Assembly: GCF_000281045.1 (NCBI RefSeq)
Contig: NW_008246136.1
Span: 133,448-197,447 of the forward strand
Length of the DNA: 64,000 nt
Reading direction: 5' to 3'
Source of the DNA: Saprolegnia diclina VS20
Lineage: Eukaryota
A model generated the notes under the pieces. The model was given only the letters and a program-made list of their open reading frames with translations, made no database searches and had not been told where the DNA came from. The translations under genes and the position numbers were made by a program. Positions 22,397 through 35,160 of this stretch are shown here, piece after piece. How positions within the stretch are numbered: the first letter of the stretch is position 1; each line of letters starts with the position of its first letter.

Positions 22397-23517
22397 TATC
22401 ATCGACGTCGTTAGTGGCCGCTTGGATGAGGGCTGCCGGTTTGGCGCGGAGCGCCTTCGACGCGAGTTAGGTGGCAACTTTGGTGGAAGCGGCGGAGCGC
22501 GCAATGCTTCGCGCATCTCTCGCGGTGGCCATATAATTCAGCAGCACAACTGGGGAAGTGGCTGGAGAGGTCAGCGAGTGATCCATCTAACAGCCGCGCC
22601 ACACACAGGCGTTGAAAGGGCAATTAACACCTGAAGTAAACTAGTTAAGAGCCTTATAAGATTTTTGAACGTTAACTCTAAGATCGCAAACGATTAATTA
22701 CCCTCCTAAAAGCCGGAGAAGACCCGGAGACAGTGTTCAAGACACTGCTTGTTTTGACATTCTGTTCTGTAACGTTTTTTTGAACAGTCGATGCTGCATC
22801 GACGATCCACCATTTATTACTTCGATAAACATCGGGGAAACAGATCACACCTAAGTGATAAAAGAACAGAAGAAACGGAAAAAAGAAAAAGAACGCATTT
22901 CTTCTACTCTTTCCCCGTGGCAACCGCGAGGCTACGGAGAGCCGATGTCCCTGCACCCAAAGCCTCCAGCGACGCTGGCGCTGCCATTGGCGCGTACCGA
23001 CTGCCCTTGGCACCAGCAGCGAACGGGCCAGTTCGTTTGACCAGCGCGTAAAACGAAAAACGCCACCGCGTCGAATAAAAAACGCGCCAGCTCGCTATCG
23101 TATTGTCTAATGGCACCCAACTCGATCGCGTCGATGATTGAAGCCGCGCAGATTGCTCACAGGAGGAGGCACGGTGCATGTAGCGGACGAGCCCAGCGCC
23201 TGGCGCTTCTGTCATCACCACATTAGCTACTCTCTGCGGAGCTACATGCTACAGAAAAGGCGCGAGGTCGTCGCTGGCCTTTCTCTGTGTAAGCGCTCTC
23301 GTGGGCATGTGAGCACCATGCGAAGGGCGCTGGCAGCACCGCTCATGCATGCATCGCTGGGCATGTGCCAACGTGCTCTCAATTTGCGCCTCGTCCGCTC
23401 GCAAGACGCCCTGGTACATCGCCGACGCATGTTAAGGTGGCGTGCATTTAGCCCGTTGCCTTCAACCGGCTGCGTATCCGGAGTTCCACAAGGCTTCAGC
23501 TTTGTCTTCGTTGGGAC

Positions 23518-26500
23518 ATGGCAGCGACGACGACGACGTACACCTGGCTTGGTGCGCTCAAGGCCGCAATCGATGGGAACCCGGCCGCGGTGACGAGGAA
23601 GCGCATGTGCGGCTACGAGTTCCGGCCCGGCGACATGGCCTGGAACTGCCGCCAGTGCCAGAAGGATGACACGTGTGTCATGTGCCACAAGTGCTTCACC
23701 GCGTCACATGCGCATCTCACGCACGACGTCATGTTCTACTACGCGCAGAACGGCAACGGCTGCTGCGACTGCGGTGACGAAGAGGCGTGGAGCCCACATG
23801 GCTTTTGCCCCGACCACAACACGACCGAGATTGGTAACGCGCCACCGCCCGACATCCTCGCGTCCGTACCAAGCCCGCTGCTCGCACAAGCACGGGCCGA
23901 CGTGGCGAGCGACATCAAGCTCTTCCACGCGTTCGCTAAGACACGCCGCGCAGGCTTCCGGCGCAAGCTGCCCGAGGACGGACCGGACACGTTGTACGAC
24001 TTGTATGTGCACGTGCCCGACTTGAACCACCAGGGCAGCGCGAGCCTCGCGTCGACGCTGCCCGAGTCGGTCACGCTCATCCAGCGCAACCTCTCGGCGT
24101 CCGAGGTGCTGCTGTGGCAGTCGAAACTCGCCAAGAAGCAGCCCGCAAACCTCTGTTCGATCTTCCACAGTCACGACATGCACGCCAACCTCAACGTCGT
24201 TGCGCTCTGCAATCGTCTCTCCAAGTGCGCGCTCTCGTGCGACGTGGGCTGCCGCCTCGTGGCCGAGCAGGTACCTCCGACCGATATCGACGCTTGTGCC
24301 ATCGTGCTCTAGATGCTACTGCCCGAGAGCTTTCTCGTCGATGTCATCGTCGCCGACTGTCTCTTCCCGCGCCACGACAACGAAGCGCTGCACTCGCTCA
24401 TCATGGCGCTGATTCCCGACCCGGACTTTAAGCAGCAGTTTGCGATCGCGTTTGCCACATCCTACCCGCAGCTCTTTCAAGATTTTCTCCTCGGCCTCGG
24501 TACGTGACGCCCCTCTCGTCACGATGGCCGACGTCGACGCGTAGGCCTCGCCGGCCATGGCATCCTCGGCTTTGGCGTCCAGTTTCTCAACCGCGCGAGC
24601 TTTGTGCATCTGCTCATGCACTCGTTTGGCTTTTTTGGGACGCTCTTGCGCACGCTCCACGAGACGCTCGCGTCCTTTGCGGCGCCCGCCATGGACGCGG
24701 CCCTGCCGTCGGACGTCTTGCCGCTACTCCAGCCGCCCGGGCGGCTCTGGGACTCGATCGCGACGTACCTCAGCCTCTCGTCGGCGCCAAATCTGCGTAC
24801 GTCCTCGTGTCTCGTTGTCCCCATTTTCTTATCGTTGTTGTGTAGCCGACGTAGCCGTCTTGCAGTCGCTCGTGCCGTATCACCGGCACGCGCCCACGGA
24901 AGCGTTTGTCGACTGGTTCCGCCAAGCTGCGCTGCCGCTGCCAGGTAGATCGATGCAAGAGACCACGGTCGTTGACAGGTGGGGCTAGGGCGGTTGGGAC
25001 TGACATTGGATGCGACCGGCTTTACGTCGCACCGCTACACGCAGGTTCTGCTCGACCTCAAGTACACGCTGCAGATTGCGCACCCGACGCTGTTGTCGTC
25101 GTTCCCAAACGAACTCCGGCTGCTGTTTCACACGCTGAGCCTCGCGCAAGGCCTCGGCGCCGACGCGCGGCTCCAGGCGTCCGAGCCGCACGTCGCGTAC
25201 GAAGGTCGGCACTGGATCGTCGCGATCGAGCTCTCGTCGATGCTCAACGAGCTCGTCTCGGCCGTGTACGCCAACGTCGTCCAGCACCACGTGCAACCGT
25301 CGGTGCTCGAGGCGGTCCCGCTCCTCGTGTCGGCGTGGCACGATGCGTTTTGTCTCTGGCTCGCCACCACCAACCAGTATTACGCACCGACGTCACGCGA
25401 GGATGGCAGCTACATGTTGCCGCGGTATGGCGCCGCCGACGTCCGTGTCTCGGCCCACTACCCACTGCACCGGTCGCTCTGCCTCTTGTATCGGTCGCTC
25501 TTGAGCAAGAAGCGGCTCTGCCACGCATTCCGAGATGCGCTACTCACGACTCTGGGGGCAAATGAGTGGCACGTGCACATGCTTGTCTTGCCGCTGCTCG
25601 AAGGCCTCGTCTGGGACGCCCAGGTGCACGCGGGGCTCTGGAAGCGCAACGGCTGGAGCGTCATGAACCACAGTATGAACTATGGCGAGCCGTACTACTG
25701 CATGAAGTTCCGCAACGTCGATCTGCTCGGACTCCAGCTGCTCGCCGACGTCGTCGGCATCGAGGCCTTTGTGCCGCTGCTCCTCGACCGATACGACACG
25801 GCGCACCTCGACTGCGCGAGCACGAGCGTCCACGAAGCCATGCTGGCCGAATGCGTTGCGCTCTTTTGCCAACTCGCGACCGAGGTGCCCGTGCTCGATA
25901 GCAGCGAGAGTCGGCACCCGCTGTACGCGGCACTGCGGCACCTGGTGCTCCTGCGACTCTGCGTCAAGCCCTCGAGCCACAGCGAGCTCTTCAAGTGCGT
26001 CAACGAGTTTTGCGCCACGTACGACGTGCTCTGCGCGTCCCACCCCGTCGCGATCGACGCGCTTCTCAAAGACATTGCGGCCGACATTTGCCTTCCCGAC
26101 CAAAAAGTATTGGATATCTATCAACTTGATACTTTGGCTCATTTATTGACACTAGGTGTATACGCTCAAGCCAGAGATGTATGAAGAGTACAATGCAACG
26201 TCGGTACACTTGACCCGCAAACAGCACGAAGTCGCGCGCGTCAACCGCGCCCAAGCCCGCGCGACGCGGTTTCGAGCGAGTACGCCGACGGCGATGGCCG
26301 CCGCGCCGGCCCCGCTGCACGTTGCCCACCGTAGCTGTCTCTTGACGAACATGTGCTTCTTCCTCGTGCTGCACCCGTCGCTGTGCCAAATCATTACCGA
26401 CGTCGTGCAGCACCTCGAGACCATCGGCAGCTCGAGTCTCGTGCTCGCCATCGTCCATTTGCTCACGCTGCAAATGTACGCGCTGCAGCAGTCGCCCCGC

Positions 26501-28719
26501 GACGTGCAAGACACGTACTTGCGCGTCATTGATCGCCTCGGCTTGCTCGACACGCTCCGCAGTTTGAGCTCGACCAACGACGAGCTCCTCCGGCATGTCG
26601 CATGGGTAGTGCAGGCGCTCGAGGCCTTTCCGGGTCTGCGCCCGGCGCCAACACCGATCGCCCTGGAAACCGGTAGCAGTCGTAGTACGGTGCCGGACCG
26701 CCACGCGCGGCAGACGTCGGCGCAGCAGCGAGCCCTCGAGAAGATCCAGCAGCAGCAAGCGGCGTTCTCCAAGCTCTGGATGGACGACGACGCCATGGGC
26801 ATGGAGGACGACGACGACGAAGAGTGCGCCATGTGCCACGAGACATCGACGCCGCTGAGCAGCATTGGCTTTGTCCAAGTGTCGGGCGTCAACGTGGTCG
26901 TGCCGCCGCGCTTCAAGACGCCGTGGGAGGACATGAAGCGCGACGTGACGCCGCTCACGATCGCCTGCTGCGGCCACCTCGTGCATCTGAGCTGCTGGCA
27001 GGCTTACTACGCGACGCAGTTTCAAAAGGTGATTACTGGCGAAGCGTACTTGAACGCCGTGGACGTCAAGAAGGGCGAGTTTCTCTGCCCCGTGTGCAAG
27101 TCGATTGCGAATGTGCTCGTGCCGCTGCAGCCACCGGCGGCATCGTCGCCGAGCGTCGCGCTGCCACCGACGACCGATTGGGCGGCGTGGCTCAACATGG
27201 CATTGCCAGCACCATCAGTACATGAGCCCGAGTCGGACGTGGCCCAGGGTCTCGGGCTCATGTGCATGAGCATCCACCGTGTCGCCACCGGGTCGGTCGA
27301 AAAGTCACGGCCCGACCGGTACCTCGCGTCGGCGTGTCATGCGATCGCGTCGACGCTGTGGCACACCCGCCCGGCACCGGCCGTGCTTTTGCAGGCGGCG
27401 CAGTCGTTGCGGGCCGTGGCGCCGGCGGCCGTCGCCTACGACTCGGCGCGTGCGCTCTTGATGGCGGGGAGTGAGCTCGACGGCGTCGAGACGACCGAGA
27501 CGCAGACGCCGACGCAGATTCAAAAGACGTGGAAGGGCGTCGTGGGCGCCAAACCACTGCTGCTGCAAGACTTGTCGGCCGTGCTGGCGCGCGGCGTGCT
27601 CTTGGCGCCGACGCAAATCGACCAAGTGTGCATGGTGCAACTCGTCTCGGTGGCCTACGCCGTGCAGACGTTTCTGTGGCTCGTCGACGAGACGACGGCG
27701 GTTGACGCCGATGAAGAACCGGCGACGGCGTTTGTGTCGCAGTGGTTTCGCGATGGATCCCACGTGGCGTCGGTCGTCGCGCAGCTCTGTGCATTGCCGT
27801 CCAACGCACCGTTCTCGGCGGCGGCGCTGGCGTGGGCGGCCGAAGACATTACTCGGTTCCACCGCGTCGCCACCGACTTGGTGCCGGGCGTCGACGCCAT
27901 TCCCGTGCTGCCGCTGGACGCACTCCCGCCTGCCGTCGCGTCGCTCGTGCCCAAGTGGATTGCCGCCGTGCACGCCACGTACGTTTCCATTGGTTTTTGT
28001 TTGCCAAAGTTGAAACCTTGATACTAGGTACACGACGATGGACGACCCGAACAACGTGCTCACGCAGTGGCAGCACAAGCACGCGTCGTATGTAGCGGAC
28101 TGGGCCAGCGTGTGGCAGCAGGACCTCGCGGTCGCCCACGTACCCCTCTCGAGCGCGTATTGGCGCCACACGCGGTCGTCGTTTCTGGCCTCGCTGCCGC
28201 ACTCGTACAGCGAACTGTACATGCACTTGACCAAGCAAACGTGTCCGAGCTGCCACCTCTTTCCCGCGCGCCCGGCGCTCTGCCTCATGTGCGGGCTCGT
28301 GCTCTGCGCCGCGTCGACGTGCCGAGAAGCGACGGTCGCGTCCATGGCGTCCGTCTCGGGCGCGTGTACGCTGCACGCGCACAAGTGCGGACGCGGCCTC
28401 GGCCTCTTCCTCTTGACCGTCGAAGGCACCGTGCTCCTTGTGAGCGGCAAGCTCGCGGCCTACGACTCGAACGGGTATCGATGTGTGTCGTGTTATACGG
28501 CGAGATATTGATTGTGTAATGTATAGGCTTTACGTCGACGAGTACGGCGAAGGGTTTGGGGAGCGGACGTCGCGATTCCAGTTTCGTGGCCGACCGTTGT
28601 TTTTGGACGTGAGCATGCGCGACCGGCTGCTGCGGCTCTGGGAGACGCAGTCGATCCACATGGAGATTGTCCACAACCAAAACACCGTCGAGCGCATCGT
28701 TATCAACAGCTTTTATTAA
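23518..28719 (+). CDS. UBR-box RING E3 ubiquitin ligase (UBR1/PRT6-like N-recognin), multi-exon
   Basis: UBR box CGYEF..WNCRQCQKDDTCVMCHKCF..H..H..GCCDCGDEEAW..FCPDH; AGLWKRNG; split RING CAMC..CGHLVHLSC..GEFLCPVC; C-terminal PALCLMCG..HAHKCG..LYVDEYGE. Confidence 0.93.
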
Positions 28720-29544
28720 CATTTTTTAACAAACAATATCGTACACTCTACGAACGAGCTCTTATTACGACGGTCCCTTGATTGCTCGATCCGCAATCCC
28801 AACCTCCCTTTTCGACTTGACTCAAGCGCCACAATGGTCGTTCTTGGCAGTGTGATGATGCCAAGTGTCCTCGCCACGGTCTCTCGCGAGTGCGTGCAGC
28901 TTTGCTTCATGTTTTGATAAGAACTACCTGAAGACGAGCAGCCCCAGCGCTACGGAAGGAAACAAGCCCATTGGGATTCAAGAAGCTCGGCAACGGCCGG
29001 TACGCAATCCAGCGCCCCACCATGGATGCCAAGTACCTTGCACCGAGCTTGGACCGCGCGCCAGGTATCGCCGACCCGCCACTCTCTGTATTTGTGATCT
29101 TTCAAAAGATGATTTTGGCGCCAAATACGGCGTTGAGTGTGTTGGAAACCACCTGGACCACCCGCAATTTTGAATGCTTTCCACCACTAGCACGTGCGCT
29201 CCATCGATGCTACAGCTCAAGTCCGCAAGTGCTCCCATTTGAGTAAGAGGTTGTAGTGTATTTGGGGAATCACGTTGCGATTCGGACTGACGTGATGAAC
29301 CCCATTGTTGGCTCCAAGGCGGCACAGCTCAGAGATCTTGCTGGTCTCGAGCAGTTATTCACGTCTGTACCTCCTGACTTTTCCTCGGGTCACGTCAAGT
29401 TTCCTAAAGAGGCCATCAGATTTATGACTTCTTAGCACAACCAAACCGTAGTCCTTTGCACAAGCAAACGCAGGATGGCGCCATCTTCGCGTGCTCATTC
29501 TCCCGACTTGTCGAGTGTATTGCGGTTACGAACGTCGGTACAAA

Positions 29545-31658
29545 ATGGAGACGCCGATGTCGAGGCGCCACGTGCTGTCGATGACGCTGCCTCGTAACGG
29601 GCTCCCCACAGCCAAGGCATTGCCGCACCATAAGGCACAACGACCCGCCAAGGGGAATGCAGCGCCGTCCGCACTTGGCTCGGCGCTCTGGGGTTTCCCC
29701 GTCTACTTTAGCCCCGAAATGGACCGCGTACGACCACAATGCGTCTCAGGACAACTAGAATCGTATGCAACTAGGAGCACGACGAGCGAGCCCAGCGCGT
29801 GGCGGCCCTTCGCGCGAAGCTCCAAGCAGAGCGGTCGCGCCAGGTCGCGGCACACGAAGCCGAGGTCGACGAGCGCATGGCCAGGTCCCGCCGCGACCAC
29901 ACAAAGTACCTCTATTATGCGTCTCGGTACGGCGCGCTGCCCGCCCTTCTCTTTTGCTGCACGCAACTTCCTGGTACACTCTGGTCGTCCACTCAAATAC
30001 GCTGTTGTCATCGAATGGAGCAGGACGCGTGTACGAGCTCTACGTGCATAGCACAGCCAACGCACTCCAGACGTGGGCGCGTGCTCGCATGTGCATTCTC
30101 AAGGCCCACGCGCGGTGTGCACCAAGAGTCAGCATAAGAACGCTCATTGCCATTGTAGGAGCCGCGTCGCGTCGGCATTTGTCGCTTCGATCGTGGCAGC
30201 CGTCCTTGAAAAGCGATCTCTGGCGGCGACCCAAGCCGGCCGCGCGACGCAGCTGCTTCGGCGCATCGTCCTCCGCGCTCAAGTACAGACGTTTGGTGCA
30301 TGGAAAGGCTGGCTGCTACAAACGCGTGCCAGCAAGCGCAAGTTTCAAGCGTATTCCTCGCTATCGGGATGGATCGATGTTGAGCGAAATGGCTAGGGCG
30401 ATGAATGCGACCTTGGCCTCTCGCTTCGCCACGTGGCGAGACCACGCCCACACGCGCGCCATGATTCGACACGGCAAGGTACACCATGACATTGTTGTCA
30501 CCGCGTAATGGTTGGTGCTGTTGTGGCATAGCTCTGCCAAGCGTCGGTCAAGGTCTTCCGCAGGAGTCTCATCAACCGGTTTGGCCACTGGCATGGCGTG
30601 ACGCAGCGGACCAAAGGCATTCGTCGACGCTTCACCAACGTCTGCGTTCGGCGCCAGCGCGAGTTGTTTGGTGTTTGGACCGCGTACGTGGCATTCGCAA
30701 ACCGCACGACCCCCTATGCGCGCCGCCTGCAAGTGTGGTTCCGCCGCTCTCTCGCGCGCGCTCGGTTTCGAAAGCGGCAGCACGCCGGTGGGCTTATCCA
30801 ACCGTGAGCGAGTGCCCAGTGAACTTGATATGTGTAGCAACAACCGTGGCACGCCATGTTCGCGGCCACCTAGCGCGGCGCCACGTCGTAGCACTTCGCG
30901 CATCCATGCGCGCGCTCGAGAGCAAGCTGCGCTTTGAGCGCCGCAAAGCGCTGGTGGAGCATACCGCAACGACAGCAAGCAGCAATTTCAAGCATTTATG
31001 TAGGCGATGCAACACGAAGCGTTCAATGCATCCCTTCTCAACGCGATAGCAACGGAGCGCGACCGCCGCCGCCTCGAGGAGGTTGGGAGCGCTAGGGCTA
31101 GGTATAGGTCCAGGGTTAACGTTCGGGCATAGGCGGCACTACAGCAAGAGCAAGACCGGGTCGAGGCCGAGGTCAAGAAGGCACTGGCCAAGATTCTCGG
31201 CAACGAATACCGAGCGCAGTTGCGGGAAAAGATGACCCTTCTCAAGCAGCGCGATGGACTCGACGCCAAGCGCGCGTCGGCCAAAGCTGCTACCGAGGTA
31301 CTAACTACTACTGGACGATGATTGAAACCAACTTACGCCGTAGGTCATTGCCGACGCCGTTGCGCTCGCTCGGGACCAAGCACGGTCTGCGTTTCGCGCC
31401 ACGAGACCGCCGCCGGCCGTGTGCACCGAGTGCCAGTTGGGGCTGCCGACCATGCAGTGTAAGCGAAGGGGATCTCTGTATAGACTGTCACAGCGCGTCC
31501 TAGGTCCGCATGTGTGTGGCGAAGCCGACGACGAAGGTCGGTACGAAGCGTATGCTCGCGAGCAAGTGCTCCTCCAAGCAGTGGCACTGGCACAGCTTGA
31601 GCGCGAGACCATCTCGTTTGCGGCGCTGTACCAGTACAAGCGCACGACCATCAACTAG
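29545..31658 (+). CDS. Multi-exon basic protein with IQ-like/Sfi1-like Trp repeats and coiled coil (putative calmodulin/centrin-binding)
   Basis: LQTWARAR, QTFGAWKGW, RFATWRDH, LFGVWTAY and LQVWFRR motifs; coiled-coil C-terminal exons; ends YKRTTIN*. Confidence 0.6.
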
Positions 31659-31844
31659 TGCTTTCTAGTTGGTGAATTCATTTTTTTCTCTTGCGATATT
31701 GAAGCTCGAGAATTGACGACGAGTTACGTGACATGCTGAGCTCGTCGCGCCACCAAAAGCATTTTCGTCATGAAAACAGTGTACTGAAAGTGCCAAAATC
31801 TCCAACGCGCTCACAGTGGACCAATGATGCACTCTCGCAACGAC

Positions 31845-32427
31845 TCAGAGCGCGTCGGGCTCGAGGCTAAAGCGGCGAAGGACGTTGCGAGGGCCAAAGA
31901 CGGACGTGGTTTCGTCGTAGAGCTCGACTTGGGTCGTTAGCTGGGCGAGCGTACACGGTGGGCAACAGAGCGCGCAGAGAATGTCCTCGAGTTCGCTGCC
32001 CTCAAGGTGCCATCGTGAACGAACATTGCGGCGCAGACTGCCGAGAAGAAATACGAGTCCGCTTCCAGCCGCGAGGCCAGCGCTGCGAACGAGTGCGAAG
32101 CCAATACCGTCATGTGGATCAACCGAGACGGTCGCAGTGACGTAGCTAGTGGCTTCCACGAGCATCATGGCGATGGTCGCGCCAAGGACAAGTGCGTAGC
32201 CACCGTAGAGCGCCATACGCGATGCAACCTGGGCCATGACAATGCAAGGGCAGCAGCACGCCATGAGCCCTAGCCGATTCATTATCGTGGGAATTGTGGT
32301 GGCGAGGATGCGAAGACGTACCAGTCGGGGACGGAGCCCACAAGCTCTCGATGACGCCGATGCGCCACGGCTGCGGCGCGCCAATGGGGACCGAAGGCTT
32401 CTGGAGCTCGGACGTCGATCGACCCAT
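31845..32427 (-). CDS. PLAC8-family Cys-rich membrane protein
   Basis: WRIGVIE, ACCCPCIVMAQVASRM, LRRNVRSRWHLEGSELEDILCALCCPPCTLAQL. Confidence 0.88.
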
Positions 32428-32669
32428 CGCTGTTGCAGGATGATTGCAAGTGCTTGTACCTAGGACTTTTCCTAGTTGTAGTTGGCCACTTGCGCAGAAG
32501 CATAGGTAGCATGCACTTCACCAAGATAGCTCTATCAAAACAATCTGGAACTAGCTGCGTCTCATAAGCGCATAGCGCCATTTAGTTCTGTAGAATGAGA
32601 GCTATGCACGCCAGGTACAACGACAGATCACAGCACGCTGTCCATGCATATCCTAATTAGGTCCTGGTC

Positions 32670-33185
32670 TTATTCCGGAAGGTACGCCACCAAAAGATCT
32701 GTCGGTGGGCTGCGCTGGCGGACCTCGGACGTCATTTGGACGATCGTGCAGCAAGGGCAGAGACCCGACGCGAGCGCGTCGCCTAGCTCGGAGCCGCGAA
32801 TCTTGAGCGCTCGCCGCACGGACGTTCGAAGCGACGCAATGAGGAGGAGATATCCCAGTAGTGCGACTAGGCCCAGCCCGCGCAGGACGACCGACGACGA
32901 CGCCAGCACTTGCAGGACGAGAATCAGCTCCACAAGCAGCCCCGCACTGGCTAGCGTCGTGTAAAAGCCGCCGCACGCGTCAATGTGCCCCGCGACGTCG
33001 GCGAGCGCAAGACACGGGCAGCAGCACGAGGTAAATCCTATTGGGCGATGATATGTCGCCACCACCAAGGCGATTCAAGTACCGTCCAAGTAGTGCCATT
33101 CACAGAGCGGCAAGAGCGGGCTGCGCCACGCTGTTGGTACGTACGGTGGCGGCGGTGTCTTGGGCAGGAGCGGGTCCGTGTCCAT
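32670..33185 (-). CDS. PLAC8-family Cys-rich membrane protein (tandem paralog)
   Basis: MDTDPLLPKTPPPPYVPTAWR.., SCCCPCLALADV, LRTSVRRALKIRGSELGDALASGLCPCCTIVQM. Confidence 0.85.
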
Positions 33186-33345
33186 CGTCGTTTGTCAAGT
33201 CGACCGTTTTCGAAGATTATACCAACTTCAACTTGAGTGCTGGCGTCAGTCAACCAGAGATTCAACCTATTTCTTGCTGCGCAAGTTGCATGTTCGAGGT
33301 AGATTCCATCAGCTACAGTACTCACCTAGAGTTTTTTAGCCTTAT

Positions 33346-33792
33346 CTAGGGCAAGAATGCGGCGATGGTCGCGACGAGGAAAGGAAGCGCGCTCACAGCC
33401 GAGAGGCTCGATGCCGACCCGGGCGCAGTCATGGGCGGCGGATTCGTCGTCGAGTGCGAGACGTCGGTGCTGCCGTTCCCACAGCGCGCTTTCACAGATG
33501 CGGCAAACGCACCAAAATCCACGGACCCCACGACGCACGACGGAGCGTGGGTCGTGAGGAGCGGAATGAGCCCTTGGCACGCGGGCGCGGCGCAGATCGC
33601 GTCGACGTCGGCGGCTGTAGGCTCCGTACTCGGTGGCAAAAACGTATAGTTGGTCGCGTATTGACACTGGGACGCCGTCATGATATCAAACGTCGCGCTC
33701 AGTACTGTGAAGTTGCAGGGCGGTGGCGAGGCAGTCGCACTGCTACCGAGGCACGCGACGACGACGACGACCAGCGCAGCCCGAGTTGACAT
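33346..33792 (-). CDS. Elicitin-like protein with canonical-type 6-Cys core and GPI-like tail
   Basis: Signal peptide; C-x16-C-x23-C-x4-C-x13-C-x17-C with YTFLPP..PT..AICAAPAC; hydrophobic C-terminus. Confidence 0.88.
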   Translation of the reverse strand: MSTRAALVVVVVACLGSSATASPPPCNFTVLSATFDIMTASQCQYATNYTFLPPSTEPTAADVDAICAAPACQGLIPLLTTHAPSCVVGSVDFGAFAASVKARCGNGSTDVSHSTTNPPPMTAPGSASSLSAVSALPFLVATIAAFLP

Positions 33793-34004
33793 CCTCGTCC
33801 AGTTCAAAGTACGGAGAATGGCTATTCCTGGCTCGTCTCCGACACCAAAATAAAGTGTCACCGCTCCATCGTTGCGCTCGTGGCTGGAATTTGAGTGAGA
33901 AGGGGCTTGAGCGACTCAGATAAGGACTCTCGTTCGCGGCGGTGCGCACTCGCACTGGATTGATCTGCAAAATTCTTCTCGTGGTAGATGTATTACGGAT
34001 CCCG

Positions 34005-34445
34005 TTAACTCAAGGCAAGCACGGTGGCGACGACAGCGCCGCCAAGAACATGATTCAAGCGCGTCGTCGACGTGTGCGAAGTGGGTTTCGGCGTCGCGGC
34101 GGGCGGTGCCGTCGTGGGCGCTGCCGTTTTGTTGCCACAGCTTGCGTTGACCGCGGCGGCGAACGCGCCAATGTTGATGGCGCCCACCGAGCAGTTGGGG
34201 ATGGACGAGAGCGCTGGGAGCAGTGGGATGCACGCGGGCGACGCGCAAATGGCTTCAATGTTGGCGGCGGTGGGCTCCTTTGTCGGTGGCAAAAAGGTGT
34301 AGCTGCTCGCGTTCTGACACGCCATCGCGGCGCCGAGGACACTGCCAAACGACGTCACGAGCTTGTTGAGGTCGCACTCCGTCTCGGCGGCCGAGAGCGC
34401 GGCCAAGAATGAAGTGGCAAGAAAAGCAAGTGGTGTGAGCTTCAT
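34005..34445 (-). CDS. Elicitin-like protein with canonical-type 6-Cys core and GPI-like tail
   Basis: MKLTPLAFL signal peptide; C-x18-C-x23-C-x4-C-x12-C-x17-C; AICASPAC. Confidence 0.88.
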   Translation of the reverse strand: MKLTPLAFLATSFLAALSAAETECDLNKLVTSFGSVLGAAMACQNASSYTFLPPTKEPTAANIEAICASPACIPLLPALSSIPNCSVGAINIGAFAAAVNASCGNKTAAPTTAPPAATPKPTSHTSTTRLNHVLGGAVVATVLALS

Positions 34446-34646
34446 GGCACGTTGCGCTATGCCGATGCCAGGGCTTTGACCGACGGAGAACACGAAACCG
34501 AAGTCGTTGCCAATCACCGAGTCCAACGGCGTCCAGGGTCCTGCAACGGTCGTAGAACACATCGAATCGATCACATAACTTCATCGTCGGTGTTCAATGC
34601 TGGGATCCACGCATCACCACGGTGTCAAGTAGCAATACGAGTACGT

Positions 34647-35160
34647 TTACGCCGAGATGCCAATGACACCAAAGGCCTTGATCGGGCCGGCGTTGCCGTT
34701 CTGGAGGCTGAGCTCATGACCGCCCTTGCCAAGGTCGTCTTCGTTTTCGTGGATCACGAGCGAGCGGCCAATGACCGAGTGCGGGCCAATGAGCTTGAGG
34801 AGCGCGTCTTCAACGTGGACCTTGGCGTTGCCTTCCTCGTCGACCTAGAGGCAGCCTCGTCAACACCTTGCAGCATGCATAAGATCCAAGTACCTGGATG
34901 TTGCCGAGCGAGCCGACGCGGCGCTCTTCGTCCTCCGGGGCGCCGTGGGCCTTGCCAAAGGGGTTGAAGACACCACCCGTGGACGCGCCGCCGTTGGAGA
35001 CATCGCCAAAGACGTTGATGTGGAGCGCGTGCTTGCCGGCCGAGAGGCCCTTGAGGTTGCCGACGACGAGCGTCTTGGCATCTTCGTTCGACTGGCTCAG
35101 GACGAGCGAGCCATACACGCGGGCGTCATCGCCGTACAAGGTCACCACCGCCTTCGCCAT
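34647..35160 (-). CDS. Cu/Zn superoxide dismutase-fold protein (154 aa, 2 exons) lacking most catalytic residues
   Basis: Exon 1 35160-34894, 49-nt GT-AG intron 34893-34845, exon 2 34844-34647; [52 protein letters not shown] and GVIGI are SOD1 motifs. Confidence 0.9.

Noticed and set aside
27305..28450. Long antisense ORFs over the UBR, MDH (48423-49472), importin and VPS13-like genes
   Set aside because: Expected from GC-rich codon bias; no independent motifs.
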